Source: Candidatus Saccharimonadota bacterium
GTDB taxonomy: Bacteria; Patescibacteriota; Saccharimonadia; Saccharimonadales; Saccharimonadaceae
Assembly (NCBI GenBank): GCA_009783305.1
Contig: WRHJ01000002.1
Location: forward strand, 87,097 to 151,096
DNA length: 64,000 nt
Reading direction: 5' to 3'
Made by a program: the position numbers and the translations under genes. Shown in pieces: positions 9,767 to 20,100 of this stretch; the first letter of the stretch is position 1; the number at the start of each line of letters is the position of its first letter. Under the pieces are notes generated by a model that worked only from the letters and a program-made list of their open reading frames with translations, was not told the origin of the DNA and did no database searches.

Positions 9767-12700
9767 ATGTTAATCCTACCACGCAACATCCCAAGCGCCA
9801 TAGACAGGCGATTTCGGCAGTCGAAGCATCCCAATTTCTTCGGTCTCGCTATTGTTGGCCTTTTGGCATTTTTTGCTACCTTGATGATTATTCTCATCTC
9901 TAGGGCTGCTGGAGGTACCATCATCCTCACCCCGCCCACCGGTCCTGCCACTGGCGGCACATCCGTCACAATGGCAGCTGACCCTAACGGTCCCCAATGG
10001 TCAAACCAAGTTCTCAATTACCCCTTTGGTGGTACGGCCAGCACCACAGGCATGGAGCAGCAATTCATAGTGCCAGTCACTGGCAACTACAAATTGGAAG
10101 CTTGGGGCGCACAAGGCTCCAACACGGCTACTGGTGGCTTAGGCGGTAAAGGTGGATATTCTACCACTACGGTCCGATTGAACGCTGGGCAAACAGTTTA
10201 CATTGCCGTCGGTGGTGCCGGTGGCGTTGATGCTGCCGGCTGGAACGGTGGTGGCGCTGTTTTTGCCGGTGGTACTGGTGGCTCTGGTGGCGGTTCGACC
10301 CACATGTCTCTTGCTACTGCAGCATACACTACTGCCAACCGCAATGGTGCCAGCAACTTAGGCAACGCCACAGTGCGTTCAGCCACCAACTTACTGCTAG
10401 TAGCTGGTGGCGGTGGCGGTTCGCAGGGTGGTGGTCCGGCGACTTGTATCGGTGGCGCTGGCGGCGGCACAACTGGCCAAGCCGGTATCAATACTGGCTG
10501 TACCGGCGGTACGTCCGGCGGTGGCGGTACTCAATCGGCTGGTGGTAGCGCTGGGAATCCTGGCGGCAACCCTGGCACACAGGGTTTTGGTGGCTTTAGT
10601 ACTCAGCAAGGTGGTTCCACCTATGGTGGCGGTGGCGGTGGCGGTTACTGGGGCGGCGGCTCCGGTCAGGGTGGTCGTGGTGGTTCTGCTGGCGGTGGCT
10701 CCGGTTATGTCCCAACTACCATCAACAGTCAAGCCGCAACCGGTAACAGTTCAATTGCTGGCAACCTTTCAATCACCGATCCGGATGGCAGCACTGTTAC
10801 TGGCCACTCCGGTAACGGCTACGCCCGCATCACTATTCTTGAAACCGGCCTCTACGTTAAGCCAACCGTTCAATTCGGCACCGTCACGATTGCTGATGCC
10901 AACGTCACCTGGTGTAATTACAACGGATCCATTTGCACCAATGGCGGCGCACCAAATACCGTTACCTTTACCACGCCTCCACGCAATGCTCTGCCTGCTG
11001 CTAACAATGTGTGGTTAACCTTTGATCCAACCACAACCGGCACATTTACCTATTGGACGCCAGCCACATCCTATACCAATCAATGCACTATTGACAGCGG
11101 CTCTACTTGGGGGACACAACGCAATATCTCCGCTGGGGTGGCTGTTACTTGCCGCATTGTTCTGAATAATGCCTTTTCTGGCACCATTAGTTTAGCCGAT
11201 AATTACTCTAGTACCATTAACCCTAGTTTGTCCGGCAGTTTCGCCAGCAGCGATACACGTTTTGATGGTACCGACACCTTTACGGTCGACTATAACGACA
11301 CTTATACCTCTGGTGGCCAGATTTTGGAATATACCTATACCTCGCCGTCATGGAGCACTCTCATTGGCTATTGGGATCCGAGCGGCAGCAACCAAGCCAA
11401 TCTGATGCGACCAGGTATCAATGCCACCCCAACACCCAACAACGGTGTTCCAGAAATTGTCTTGGCCGGCGACACTCTAGTCTTGAGCATCCTTGCCGAA
11501 TCATACAAAATCAGTAGTAGTAGTAGTAGATTCTGCGAAGGCTGTCAATCCACCTTCACCATCACTACCTACGGCGCAATCTACTCGGGTTCCGTCACCC
11601 TGAGCGAAGATCTCAGCAATAGCGACAACCCCAGCGGTACCGCCGGCACATTCGTTTCGAACAACCCAGGCACTCCGAACATTGTCACTTTCGCTGGCAA
11701 TGGTGCCGACCAAACTTTCACCTATACCCCCGAAACTACTTCCATGACGCCACACTGGACCAGAATCAATGGTACTAGCGCCGGGCCAGCCATCACCAAC
11801 AATTATATCGATATCAATGTCACCCCAGCGACCATGCGTATTATCGGGCCAACCTCTTTGCATCGTGGTGAATATGGCGACTATACCTTGATCGTATACG
11901 ATCCAACTATCAGTTCAGTAGGATTGGCAGATTGGCTCAATGGTTCCGGTAATGCTGCTGATGGCACCTTCGCCGATATATCAAGCAGCCCTAATCCTAG
12001 TGGTACTTTTAACTCCAGCACCAATACCTATAACTTTTCCAGCTGTGTCACTACCGGCACCGATGCTTGTGTTCGCACTTTTCGTTACACTGCATACAGT
12101 AGTCTCTCTGATGCCGCTTCTTATGTAAGCATTGAGGCCGAATCCGATACTCTAGAATACACCTTCCTCAACGTCGATATCATTGCCAATAAAATTACAT
12201 TTTCCTGTAGTGCCAGCAATCCCAACTGCACCATTGCTTACGTCGAAGAATCACAAGTCTATAACCTCAGACCCAACGGTGTATTCACCGGATCAATTAA
12301 TATCACATCAGAAGATGCTGGGGCTAGCTTTAGCCCCAGCAGTACCATCTCATGGTCCAATAGTTCAGCTGCCATTGGCGTTGTTTACACCCCCAGTGCT
12401 CCTGGGCGCTATATATTGTCGGCGAACGTCACTAGCAGTCCCGACCTTAATATGAACGGTAAAACTTTTGACAGCAACACCGCCGATTCGCTCAACGATT
12501 ACATTTGGGTAATCGCCGACCAAACGACCTTCTTCACTGGTGACGATACTATCCCCAATGGCGGCAGCGGTACCTATACTTTGGCTTTGAATGGTCCCTT
12601 TGTAGGCACAGTTATACTATCCGACAATGACACCGTGAACGGCATACCTCAAGGTGGATCGTTTGACAATGGCGGTATCTGCAACTTTACTTTTGCCAAC

Positions 12701-15700
12701 TACAACCCCGACTCCAACACTTCGACCTGTACTTTTGTCTACACGCCAACTATCGAACCAGAAGAGCGCACCATTACTTTAGCGCCAACTTTTCCGCCCG
12801 AGTTCGACCGTCCGATGGACATCACGCCCATAGACATTACTGTTTACGGTTTTCCGGACATCAGGTTTATCAGTCCAAGCGACGGTCCATCTATCGGTGG
12901 CAACACGGTGTGGATTACGGGTGCCGGGCTGCAAGGTGTTTCATTCATCACCCTTGGCGGGATAATTGAAAACGACGAAGTTGTCGGCGGCATACCATGT
13001 ACCAATCTCAACATCCTGTCCGATGAAATGGTTACCTGTGTGGCACCAGCTCATACTGCAGGTACAGTCAATGTGTTCGCAAACAACATTATCCCGCCGC
13101 CCGACATAGATGATACCGATCCCAACGATCCGATAGAAATACCCAGAGATCCCGTGCAATATACTTATTTCAACGTCGCAACCGACTTCATAAACGAATG
13201 CGACGAAGACGGAAACGGCAGCTGGACTACCACTCCCTACGTCGTACCTGGAACCACAGTAGATTGTCGCATAGTTCTAAACGGCCGTTGGACTGGTCCC
13301 GTGACGCTGTCAGATGATTGGCACGAAACTATAGATCCAGGACTATCCGGCATCTTTACGTCCAGCGATATTCGCTTTGACAGTGGCACCAACACATTCG
13401 ATGTTCTGTACGGAGACACTGCCGATAGTACTGGTCAAACGCTTGAATATACTTGGACATCGCCTCCGTGGGGTGATGATTCCTCTGGACTCTTTCAATA
13501 TTGGAACCCCAACCGCAGCAACGAGGATGACCTCTGGTGGCCGATGATTAGTGTCGACATCCCAATCGATGAATATTACAATATATGGCTTACTTCTACC
13601 ACGGACGACGTAGTCTTTGGCTTGCTCGCTCAAGCCTACAATATCTACCCAGACGGCAATTACTCTTACTATTGTATAGATTGTGAAGTTGACTTTATTG
13701 TGTCCACCTACGGCGCACCATATGAGGGGACCATATCAGTAACAGATATCCTAGCCGATAGCGATGATCCATATGGCACTCAAGGTGTTTTCTGGGCCGG
13801 CGGCGTGCCTGATAACCCTGGCGTCATGAACTTCTCTGGCAGCGACGGCGCAGACAACAGCTTTAGCTACATCCCTGCCACTACCGCCGAAGGTCAGGAC
13901 ACCTTTATTCGATTGCAGGGTACCAGTTCCGATCCAAATATAGCAGACGTCTTCTATGATATTTTCCCAGTCCTAAATCCCGGCATTACCATTACGCCTA
14001 GCGCAGGTTGCAGCTTCATCGCTCGCAACCAAGTCTGTACCTATACTTTGTCGGTAGAGTTTGGCGCTGGCATGAACTGGAGCGGCACCGTCAGACTCAG
14101 CGACATATTTAATATTGACGACTCACCCGGAAAAGGCGTCTTTGCCGATGTCTCTGGTATTAGCGACTTCAACCCTAGTGGTACCTTCAGCCCATCAACT
14201 AACACTTATCTTTTCACTAGCTACGGCGGTGAAACTTACGAGCGAACCTTTACCTACACCTTGCGCGACGACAGCGTAGTTGGGCCGCTCTTCCCCAGTC
14301 ATATTTTGCAACTCACGGCAGAATCCAATATTCCAAATAACCAAACGTTCACCAACTTATTCATTTATGCCGACCGCATCAACACTGACTGCTCTCTCAG
14401 CTATCCAAATTGCAAAATTGGTTATGTTGGAAAATTGCAGGGTTATTCCTTCTCGCCAAACGGCGCAATGATGGGGACTGCCAATGTCACCGCCAGCGAT
14501 GCCGGTGCTCTCGGTATGCTAACTTGGTCCACAATCTCTGCCAATACGCACATTTTGTATTACACTCCAACAACACCTGGCCGCCAAGTACTTACCACCA
14601 CCATGGAACCTGGCGCTACACCAGCATCTATGTCAAATAAGAGTTTTGCCTCAAACGATCCAGAATCGCTTAACGATTACATTTGGGTGATGGCTAACCA
14701 AATGACTATCACTGGCCCAAGTTACCTTAGGTATAATTCAGCTGGTAATTTCACGCTAACTATGAATGGGCCATTTATCGGCACCATAGATCTTGATGAC
14801 TACATAGGCGCCATGAGCGGACCCGCCGCCGGAGGCGCCATTAGTCCAACCTCTTGCACATTTGCACTAATCGACTATAACTCCACCACCAATACTACCT
14901 CATGTAATTTTACCTATACCCCATACCTCTTTGAGGACATGACCACCGTAGTTCTGGAACCGAGCATTACTAGCTACAGCGGACCTCTTGCTATCAACCC
15001 GCTTTCCGTCACTGTTTACGGTCGTCCGATTATTGACTCTGTATCTCCCGATTCCGGCCCCACCATCGGCGGCACCGGCTTTGACGTCTCTTATAATCCT
15101 AGCGGAGTTATTACATTGACTGGTACAAATCTGGCAACCGGAAGCTCCCTAAACTTCGACAGCTTATTCATGGGCAATATACCAGTCCCTCTCGGCAACA
15201 TCAACATCATTGATAATGACAATATTACTTTCATCCCGCCGCCCAACTCTGCTGGTGGCGTAGATATCGTCGTGACTGCTGGTTCTCATGTCTATCATCA
15301 TCCAGATTATTACACCTACATACCGGAAGTAGACAGCATAAGCCCCATCATCGGTCCGACCACTGGCGGCACTGGTTTTGGCGCCAGTTATAATCCCAAT
15401 GGCACCGTAACTATTACAGGTGCTGACATTACGAACTCCCCCCGCTATTCTGATGGCACAAAACAATACTATGGCCTAGGTTGGCTCGACTTCACTGATA
15501 TTCAATATATAAATACCGGCGTCAACCAGCTCGGCAATACCAAAATGACCCTTGACGCCACGCGCGACAGCGGCATGTACGCTGCCGGTGTCTTAGTTGC
15601 AGGCCAGTACTTCTCCATCTATTTGCCAGACTCCGGCTTTAGATTGCCCAGTGCGAACTACGGCAACGTCAACGTTACCGCCGGCGGCGCCATGAATTCT

Positions 15701-17014
15701 GGCGACCGCATCCTAGCCACGCTAGAAGCCGACGGCACTTCGGCCGAATTCACTGTTAGCCTAAATGGCGGTCCCGCCAACGTCAACACTCTCAACCCCA
15801 CCACGCTCCCAAACACTCCCTACAATATTTTCCTTGGCAGCGGCAACAACGGCGCTGGTCCCGCCGTCGGCATGGCTGGCAGAATCTATAGCTTTACTAT
15901 CGAAAAAGACAACCCGGCCGACAGTCGCAATTTCGTCCCAGTCTGCACTATGGATGGTATTACCGGCGGCATGTTTGACACTCTTCATAACGTCTTCTAC
16001 CCTTCAAATGCCGTCTCAGCTCCGTTCACTTGTGACAATTCCAGTATCACTCCTCCTACTGTCGTATTCGGCGGTACTGCCGCATCACCCACCAGCGTCA
16101 CCGTAATCGACCTCAATACCATCACCGTCATCCCCCCCTCCCACGCCGCCGGCCTCGTTGACGTAGATGTCATCGTCAACGGCATAACCGCTACCTTGAC
16201 CGATGCCTACACTTATCGCATGCCGCTTACTATCTTCGCGGTAGATCCGCCCTATGGTCCCATTGCCGGTGGTACTGCACTTACCATTACTGGTGATAGT
16301 TTCGTCCCATTATCCGGTAGTCCTACTTATACCGTTACGCTAGACATCGAAGGTACCTCGGCTAACTGTGCATCCGTCAACGTCGTGAACAATAATACTA
16401 TTACCTGTACCACCACAGCCTATCCAGCCGGACTTGTTTCTGTGACCGTAGACAACGATATCGAAATCTACACCATGCCTGCTGTGGCTGATCCAGCCGG
16501 CAACGGTATGCCCACCTTAGATAATCAAGGTCGTTCCACCGGTGGATTCCTTTATGTTGGTGACACCGCCATCGATCTTGCCCTATCCGCTGACTCAGTC
16601 GACCTCACGGTCACTCTATCCGTTCCCTTTGATGAGGATTATATTATCGCTGCGGTTTCTACTAACGCGGCCAATGGTTACAGACTATACATGGAGAGCA
16701 CCGGCTCTACTCTAGTTTGCTCCGCCAACGGAACAATACCCGCCATCCCCTCCACCTCCGTAAATACCATCGGCAACGGAACTTGGGGTTACCAAGTTGG
16801 TACATCAGTCAGCTCAACCGGATGGGCCGCCGCTCCAACCACCTCAACTCAGATTGATTCCAGCTCCAGTCCCACCTACACTACTCCTGGCCCGCTCGCT
16901 TCCCGCGACACCCGCATCAACTTCGCCGTTCGCAACGGCAACCCCACCCCCATCAATACTACCTGCCCAGAATACTCCCAAACTATTACCTATACTGCAG
17001 TCGCAGACCCATAA
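9767..17014 (+). CDS. Giant surface protein 1 (2,415 aa): TM anchor, IPT-nested glycine-rich domain, two ~620-aa supermodules, several IPT/TIG domains, C-terminal WxL-like domain
   Basis: Uninterrupted 7.2-kb ORF. IPT signatures: GPxxGGT...ITG, seen in SPSDGPSIGGNTVWITG, SPDSGPTIGGTGF, GPTTGGTGF and YGPIAGGTALTITG. The C-terminus parallels ORF 43276..43869. Confidence 0.85.
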   Translation: MLILPRNIPSAIDRRFRQSKHPNFFGLAIVGLLAFFATLMIILISRAAGGTIILTPPTGPATGGTSVTMAADPNGPQWSNQVLNYPFGGTASTTGMEQQFIVPVTGNYKLEAWGAQGSNTATGGLGGKGGYSTTTVRLNAGQTVYIAVGGAGGVDAAGWNGGGAVFAGGTGGSGGGSTHMSLATAAYTTANRNGASNLGNATVRSATNLLLVAGGGGGSQGGGPATCIGGAGGGTTGQAGINTGCTGGTSGGGGTQSAGGSAGNPGGNPGTQGFGGFSTQQGGSTYGGGGGGGYWGGGSGQGGRGGSAGGGSGYVPTTINSQAATGNSSIAGNLSITDPDGSTVTGHSGNGYARITILETGLYVKPTVQFGTVTIADANVTWCNYNGSICTNGGAPNTVTFTTPPRNALPAANNVWLTFDPTTTGTFTYWTPATSYTNQCTIDSGSTWGTQRNISAGVAVTCRIVLNNAFSGTISLADNYSSTINPSLSGSFASSDTRFDGTDTFTVDYNDTYTSGGQILEYTYTSPSWSTLIGYWDPSGSNQANLMRPGINATPTPNNGVPEIVLAGDTLVLSILAESYKISSSSSRFCEGCQSTFTITTYGAIYSGSVTLSEDLSNSDNPSGTAGTFVSNNPGTPNIVTFAGNGADQTFTYTPETTSMTPHWTRINGTSAGPAITNNYIDINVTPATMRIIGPTSLHRGEYGDYTLIVYDPTISSVGLADWLNGSGNAADGTFADISSSPNPSGTFNSSTNTYNFSSCVTTGTDACVRTFRYTAYSSLSDAASYVSIEAESDTLEYTFLNVDIIANKITFSCSASNPNCTIAYVEESQVYNLRPNGVFTGSINITSEDAGASFSPSSTISWSNSSAAIGVVYTPSAPGRYILSANVTSSPDLNMNGKTFDSNTADSLNDYIWVIADQTTFFTGDDTIPNGGSGTYTLALNGPFVGTVILSDNDTVNGIPQGGSFDNGGICNFTFANYNPDSNTSTCTFVYTPTIEPEERTITLAPTFPPEFDRPMDITPIDITVYGFPDIRFISPSDGPSIGGNTVWITGAGLQGVSFITLGGIIENDEVVGGIPCTNLNILSDEMVTCVAPAHTAGTVNVFANNIIPPPDIDDTDPNDPIEIPRDPVQYTYFNVATDFINECDEDGNGSWTTTPYVVPGTTVDCRIVLNGRWTGPVTLSDDWHETIDPGLSGIFTSSDIRFDSGTNTFDVLYGDTADSTGQTLEYTWTSPPWGDDSSGLFQYWNPNRSNEDDLWWPMISVDIPIDEYYNIWLTSTTDDVVFGLLAQAYNIYPDGNYSYYCIDCEVDFIVSTYGAPYEGTISVTDILADSDDPYGTQGVFWAGGVPDNPGVMNFSGSDGADNSFSYIPATTAEGQDTFIRLQGTSSDPNIADVFYDIFPVLNPGITITPSAGCSFIARNQVCTYTLSVEFGAGMNWSGTVRLSDIFNIDDSPGKGVFADVSGISDFNPSGTFSPSTNTYLFTSYGGETYERTFTYTLRDDSVVGPLFPSHILQLTAESNIPNNQTFTNLFIYADRINTDCSLSYPNCKIGYVGKLQGYSFSPNGAMMGTANVTASDAGALGMLTWSTISANTHILYYTPTTPGRQVLTTTMEPGATPASMSNKSFASNDPESLNDYIWVMANQMTITGPSYLRYNSAGNFTLTMNGPFIGTIDLDDYIGAMSGPAAGGAISPTSCTFALIDYNSTTNTTSCNFTYTPYLFEDMTTVVLEPSITSYSGPLAINPLSVTVYGRPIIDSVSPDSGPTIGGTGFDVSYNPSGVITLTGTNLATGSSLNFDSLFMGNIPVPLGNINIIDNDNITFIPPPNSAGGVDIVVTAGSHVYHHPDYYTYIPEVDSISPIIGPTTGGTGFGASYNPNGTVTITGADITNSPRYSDGTKQYYGLGWLDFTDIQYINTGVNQLGNTKMTLDATRDSGMYAAGVLVAGQYFSIYLPDSGFRLPSANYGNVNVTAGGAMNSGDRILATLEADGTSAEFTVSLNGGPANVNTLNPTTLPNTPYNIFLGSGNNGAGPAVGMAGRIYSFTIEKDNPADSRNFVPVCTMDGITGGMFDTLHNVFYPSNAVSAPFTCDNSSITPPTVVFGGTAASPTSVTVIDLNTITVIPPSHAAGLVDVDVIVNGITATLTDAYTYRMPLTIFAVDPPYGPIAGGTALTITGDSFVPLSGSPTYTVTLDIEGTSANCASVNVVNNNTITCTTTAYPAGLVSVTVDNDIEIYTMPAVADPAGNGMPTLDNQGRSTGGFLYVGDTAIDLALSADSVDLTVTLSVPFDEDYIIAAVSTNAANGYRLYMESTGSTLVCSANGTIPAIPSTSVNTIGNGTWGYQVGTSVSSTGWAAAPTTSTQIDSSSSPTYTTPGPLASRDTRINFAVRNGNPTPINTTCPEYSQTITYTAVADP
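10019..10843 (+). other. Glycine-rich domain (ALK/LTK-type Gly_rich family) of giant 1
   Basis: QQFIVPVTGNYKLEAWGAQG...GGKGGYS...VYIAVGGAGG...GGGGS..., with repeated GGxGG runs, ending GNGYARITILE. Confidence 0.6.
16541..17011 (+). other. C-terminal WxL-like domain of giant 1
   Basis: STNAANGYRLYM...GTWGYQVG...EYSQTITYTAVADP aligns by eye with STNNSNGFALTM...NTWGYNIG...SYSNTLRFTAVTN of ORF 43276..43869. Confidence 0.5.
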
Positions 17015-17115
17015 AATTAGTCAATAAAAAATAAGAATAAGCTTTACAAAATACCATACCGGTGCAATACTTATACTAACTGCGTGTGTCATAAATAATA
17101 TATATGGAGTAGCAA

Positions 17116-20100
17116 ATGCATATAAAACACAAACGGCTCTTCGCCATTAGCCCTCGGCGGCTCAAATTTCTTGGTACCTTCCTAACTTTAGCCATACTGC
17201 TGTTTATCATCATCCGAGTATTGGCTGCGTCAATCATATCCGTAACCCCAAACACTGGTCCCAGCACTGGCGGGACAAACGTTATTATTACTGGCACCGG
17301 ATTTACCGACTATACTCCATCTGTACCTATTAATTTCCCTTATACTGGATCCTGCCAACCATACACAGTACCAGCTAACGGTTCATACCAGCTAGAAACT
17401 TGGGGTGCACAAGGCGGTACCGCTGGTCCATTTGCCGGTGGCCGTGGCGGTTACTCTACTGGTATCGTAAGCCTTACTGCTGGCACTACTTTATATATTT
17501 GTGTTGGTGGACAGGGGACAACTTCTTCGCGGACTACGTCCGCACCCTGGCCAGGCGGATTTAACGGCGGCGGCGGTTCAGCCCGCAGCAATAACGGTAA
17601 CGGCAAAGCTACAGGTTCGGGCGGCGGCGGCACTGATATCCGCATCGGCGCCAATTCATTATTTGCACGCGTAATTGTAGCAGGCGGCGGCGGCGGCGCA
17701 GCCGATCAGCAATTCGGAGCTATTCCTGGCGCAGCCGGCGGCGGGCTAAGCGGCATCACCTCGCCTAACCCTGGTGTCGTTGGAAGCGATTCCCCCGGAC
17801 AAGGCGGCACACAAACAGCCGGCGGCAACAACGGCATCGCCTGTTCCGGCGGCGGATCTTTCGGCGCAGGTGGTATTCCTTGCGGTATTGGCGTGACTGA
17901 TCGTTCCGGCGGCGGCGGCGGCTGGTTCGGCGGCGGCACCGGTGTAACCGGCGGCGGCGGCTCCGGTTTCGTGTACACGCAAGCTAGCGATGTTAGCTCA
18001 GCTACCATTGGTGGCACCTATCTTCTCAACGGCAGTTATTATCTATCTAGCGCCCAAACCATCGATGGCGCCACTTCCGCACCATCCTCGACTGTTCCTG
18101 GCGGTAATCAAGCTGGTCAACTCGGCAATGGCTTCGCCCGAATTACCCGATTGCCATACGACGTCACAATTGATGGCGCCGGTTGCGATAACATTGTAAT
18201 TGTCAACGATAACCAAATCACCTGTACTGTTCCCGCGCACAGCGCGGGTCCAGCCGATGTCGTGGTCACCATTGATCAGTCTGTCAGCACTTTGACCAAT
18301 GGCTACACCTACACTGACGAATTAACCATCTCCGGCCCAGACAAAATCGTGAGCAGGAGCGGCGCAGAATACGATATTTCTCTCGAGTATCCTTATACTG
18401 GCACCGTAACATTGGATGACGGCGGACTTGGCGGTACATGGACTGGCCCCAACGTCATCAACGGCAATCAAATTCAATTCAATCATAATGCATTAATCCA
18501 CGTGATTTATGTACCGCCAACAGGTTTTGGCGGAGACATCACTCTCACTGCCAATTCCGGCGTAAGTTATGTTGAAGACGCATCAAAAGACGTCAGTCTC
18601 GCAGCCGGCTCATATCTGCTTACTTGTTTTGACGACGAAAGCAACCCGACTAGCCAGCCGTTTATCATACCTGGGACCACGCTTGATTGTGAAGTCACAC
18701 TAGATGGCCCCTACGAAGGCACCATCACGCTTGCAGACATAGTTAGCGGTACCGGCAACAGCAGACTCGGCGGCGCATTCGCCAGCTTAGACATGCGATT
18801 TGACAACGACGTATTCACTACCACTTTTGCCGACACCGACGATGAATCTGGTCAAACCCTCGCGTTCACCTACACTTCGCCCACTTGGGGGCAAATTATG
18901 GGCGAAGACGGAGGCTACACTGGCATCACCTACGATAGCCTAGATCCCGCAAACCGGCAAAACGTATTCTGGCCGACATTGACCGCAACCAGCTCGCCCG
19001 TCTTAACCAGCTCGCAAAACGCCATCCGCATCGGGCTTCTGGCGCAAGCTTACACTATTGAATCAACTGACACCCCAGCGATTGATGCACCCGGCAGCAA
19101 CGGCTGTCTGAACTGTAGGGCCCGCTTCACTATCTCCACCTACGGTGCTCCATATTTCGGCGAGATTACTGTAACCTCCGAATATATTCCTGCCGGAGAA
19201 ACTACTCCTGTCACTGGCGGCGGCCTATTTGATGATGGCCAAACATCCGTCACCTATCCATTTTTCGGCGACGGCGCTAGACGGCCATTTGCCTTTACGC
19301 CAAGTGAAATTGGAGAGTTTACAATTACTGGGGTGAGCGATCTTCCAGCCATAGCCGACGACGAAATTACCTTCGATGTACTCAACTCGCATATCTCTAT
19401 CGTCTGCGATCCAATTTATCTCACCAGAGGCCAGACCACCGACTGTACTTTGCGACTGATAGTCACCGACAGCGATGTCCCCGGTATTGAAATAGATATG
19501 CAAGACATCTTCATGTACGGTTCCATAGAAAATAACGGTAATGGCGTATTTAATGACACTTCAAATGATTCCGGCAATCCCACCAGTACCCTCAGTGGCA
19601 ACGTCTTCTCGTTCTGCGGTGGTAGCAGCAATCCCCAAACCACCGGCGAATCCTGCGATGACCCTAGCGAAACCTATATCCGTACCTTTACCTATACTTT
19701 GCCCATTGATACAGATTTCCATTTCGCAGAAGTACGTATACAGGGCAGCAGTGAAGATTACATCCCAGCCGAAACCAGTTGGCAAATACTTGGCATTATG
19801 CCAGATACTATGACAATATCCTGTACAGAAGCTTATCCAACCTGCCAGACTTCTCGCGTCGGCTTCAACCAGCTACTCAACATTGAACCAAACGGCAAGT
19901 TCGTTGGCAAAGTCCAACTCAGCGACGATGATGGCGGCGTTTTTGGCGGCAGCGGCAGCGGTGATATCATTGAGTGGGACTACAGTGGCTACAGCAAAGA
20001 TTTCGACTATGCACCCGTATCTCCTGGCATAAAGACCATTACGGCTACCGTGATTGAAGTCGACGACAGCTTGCCCATCGGCATCCAAGTTGGCGACGAA

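Noticed and set aside
10198-10732. Antisense and alternative-frame ORFs inside the giant genes. Examples are 10198..10491(-), 10397..10732(-), 10407..11018(+), 17451..18017(-) and many others up to 23927. Several are Pro-, Ala- or Thr-rich.
   Set aside because: They lie wholly inside the 7-kb ORFs. Their composition is the mirror of the Gly-rich (GGN -> NCC) and Thr/Ala-rich coding strand. They have no independent start signals.
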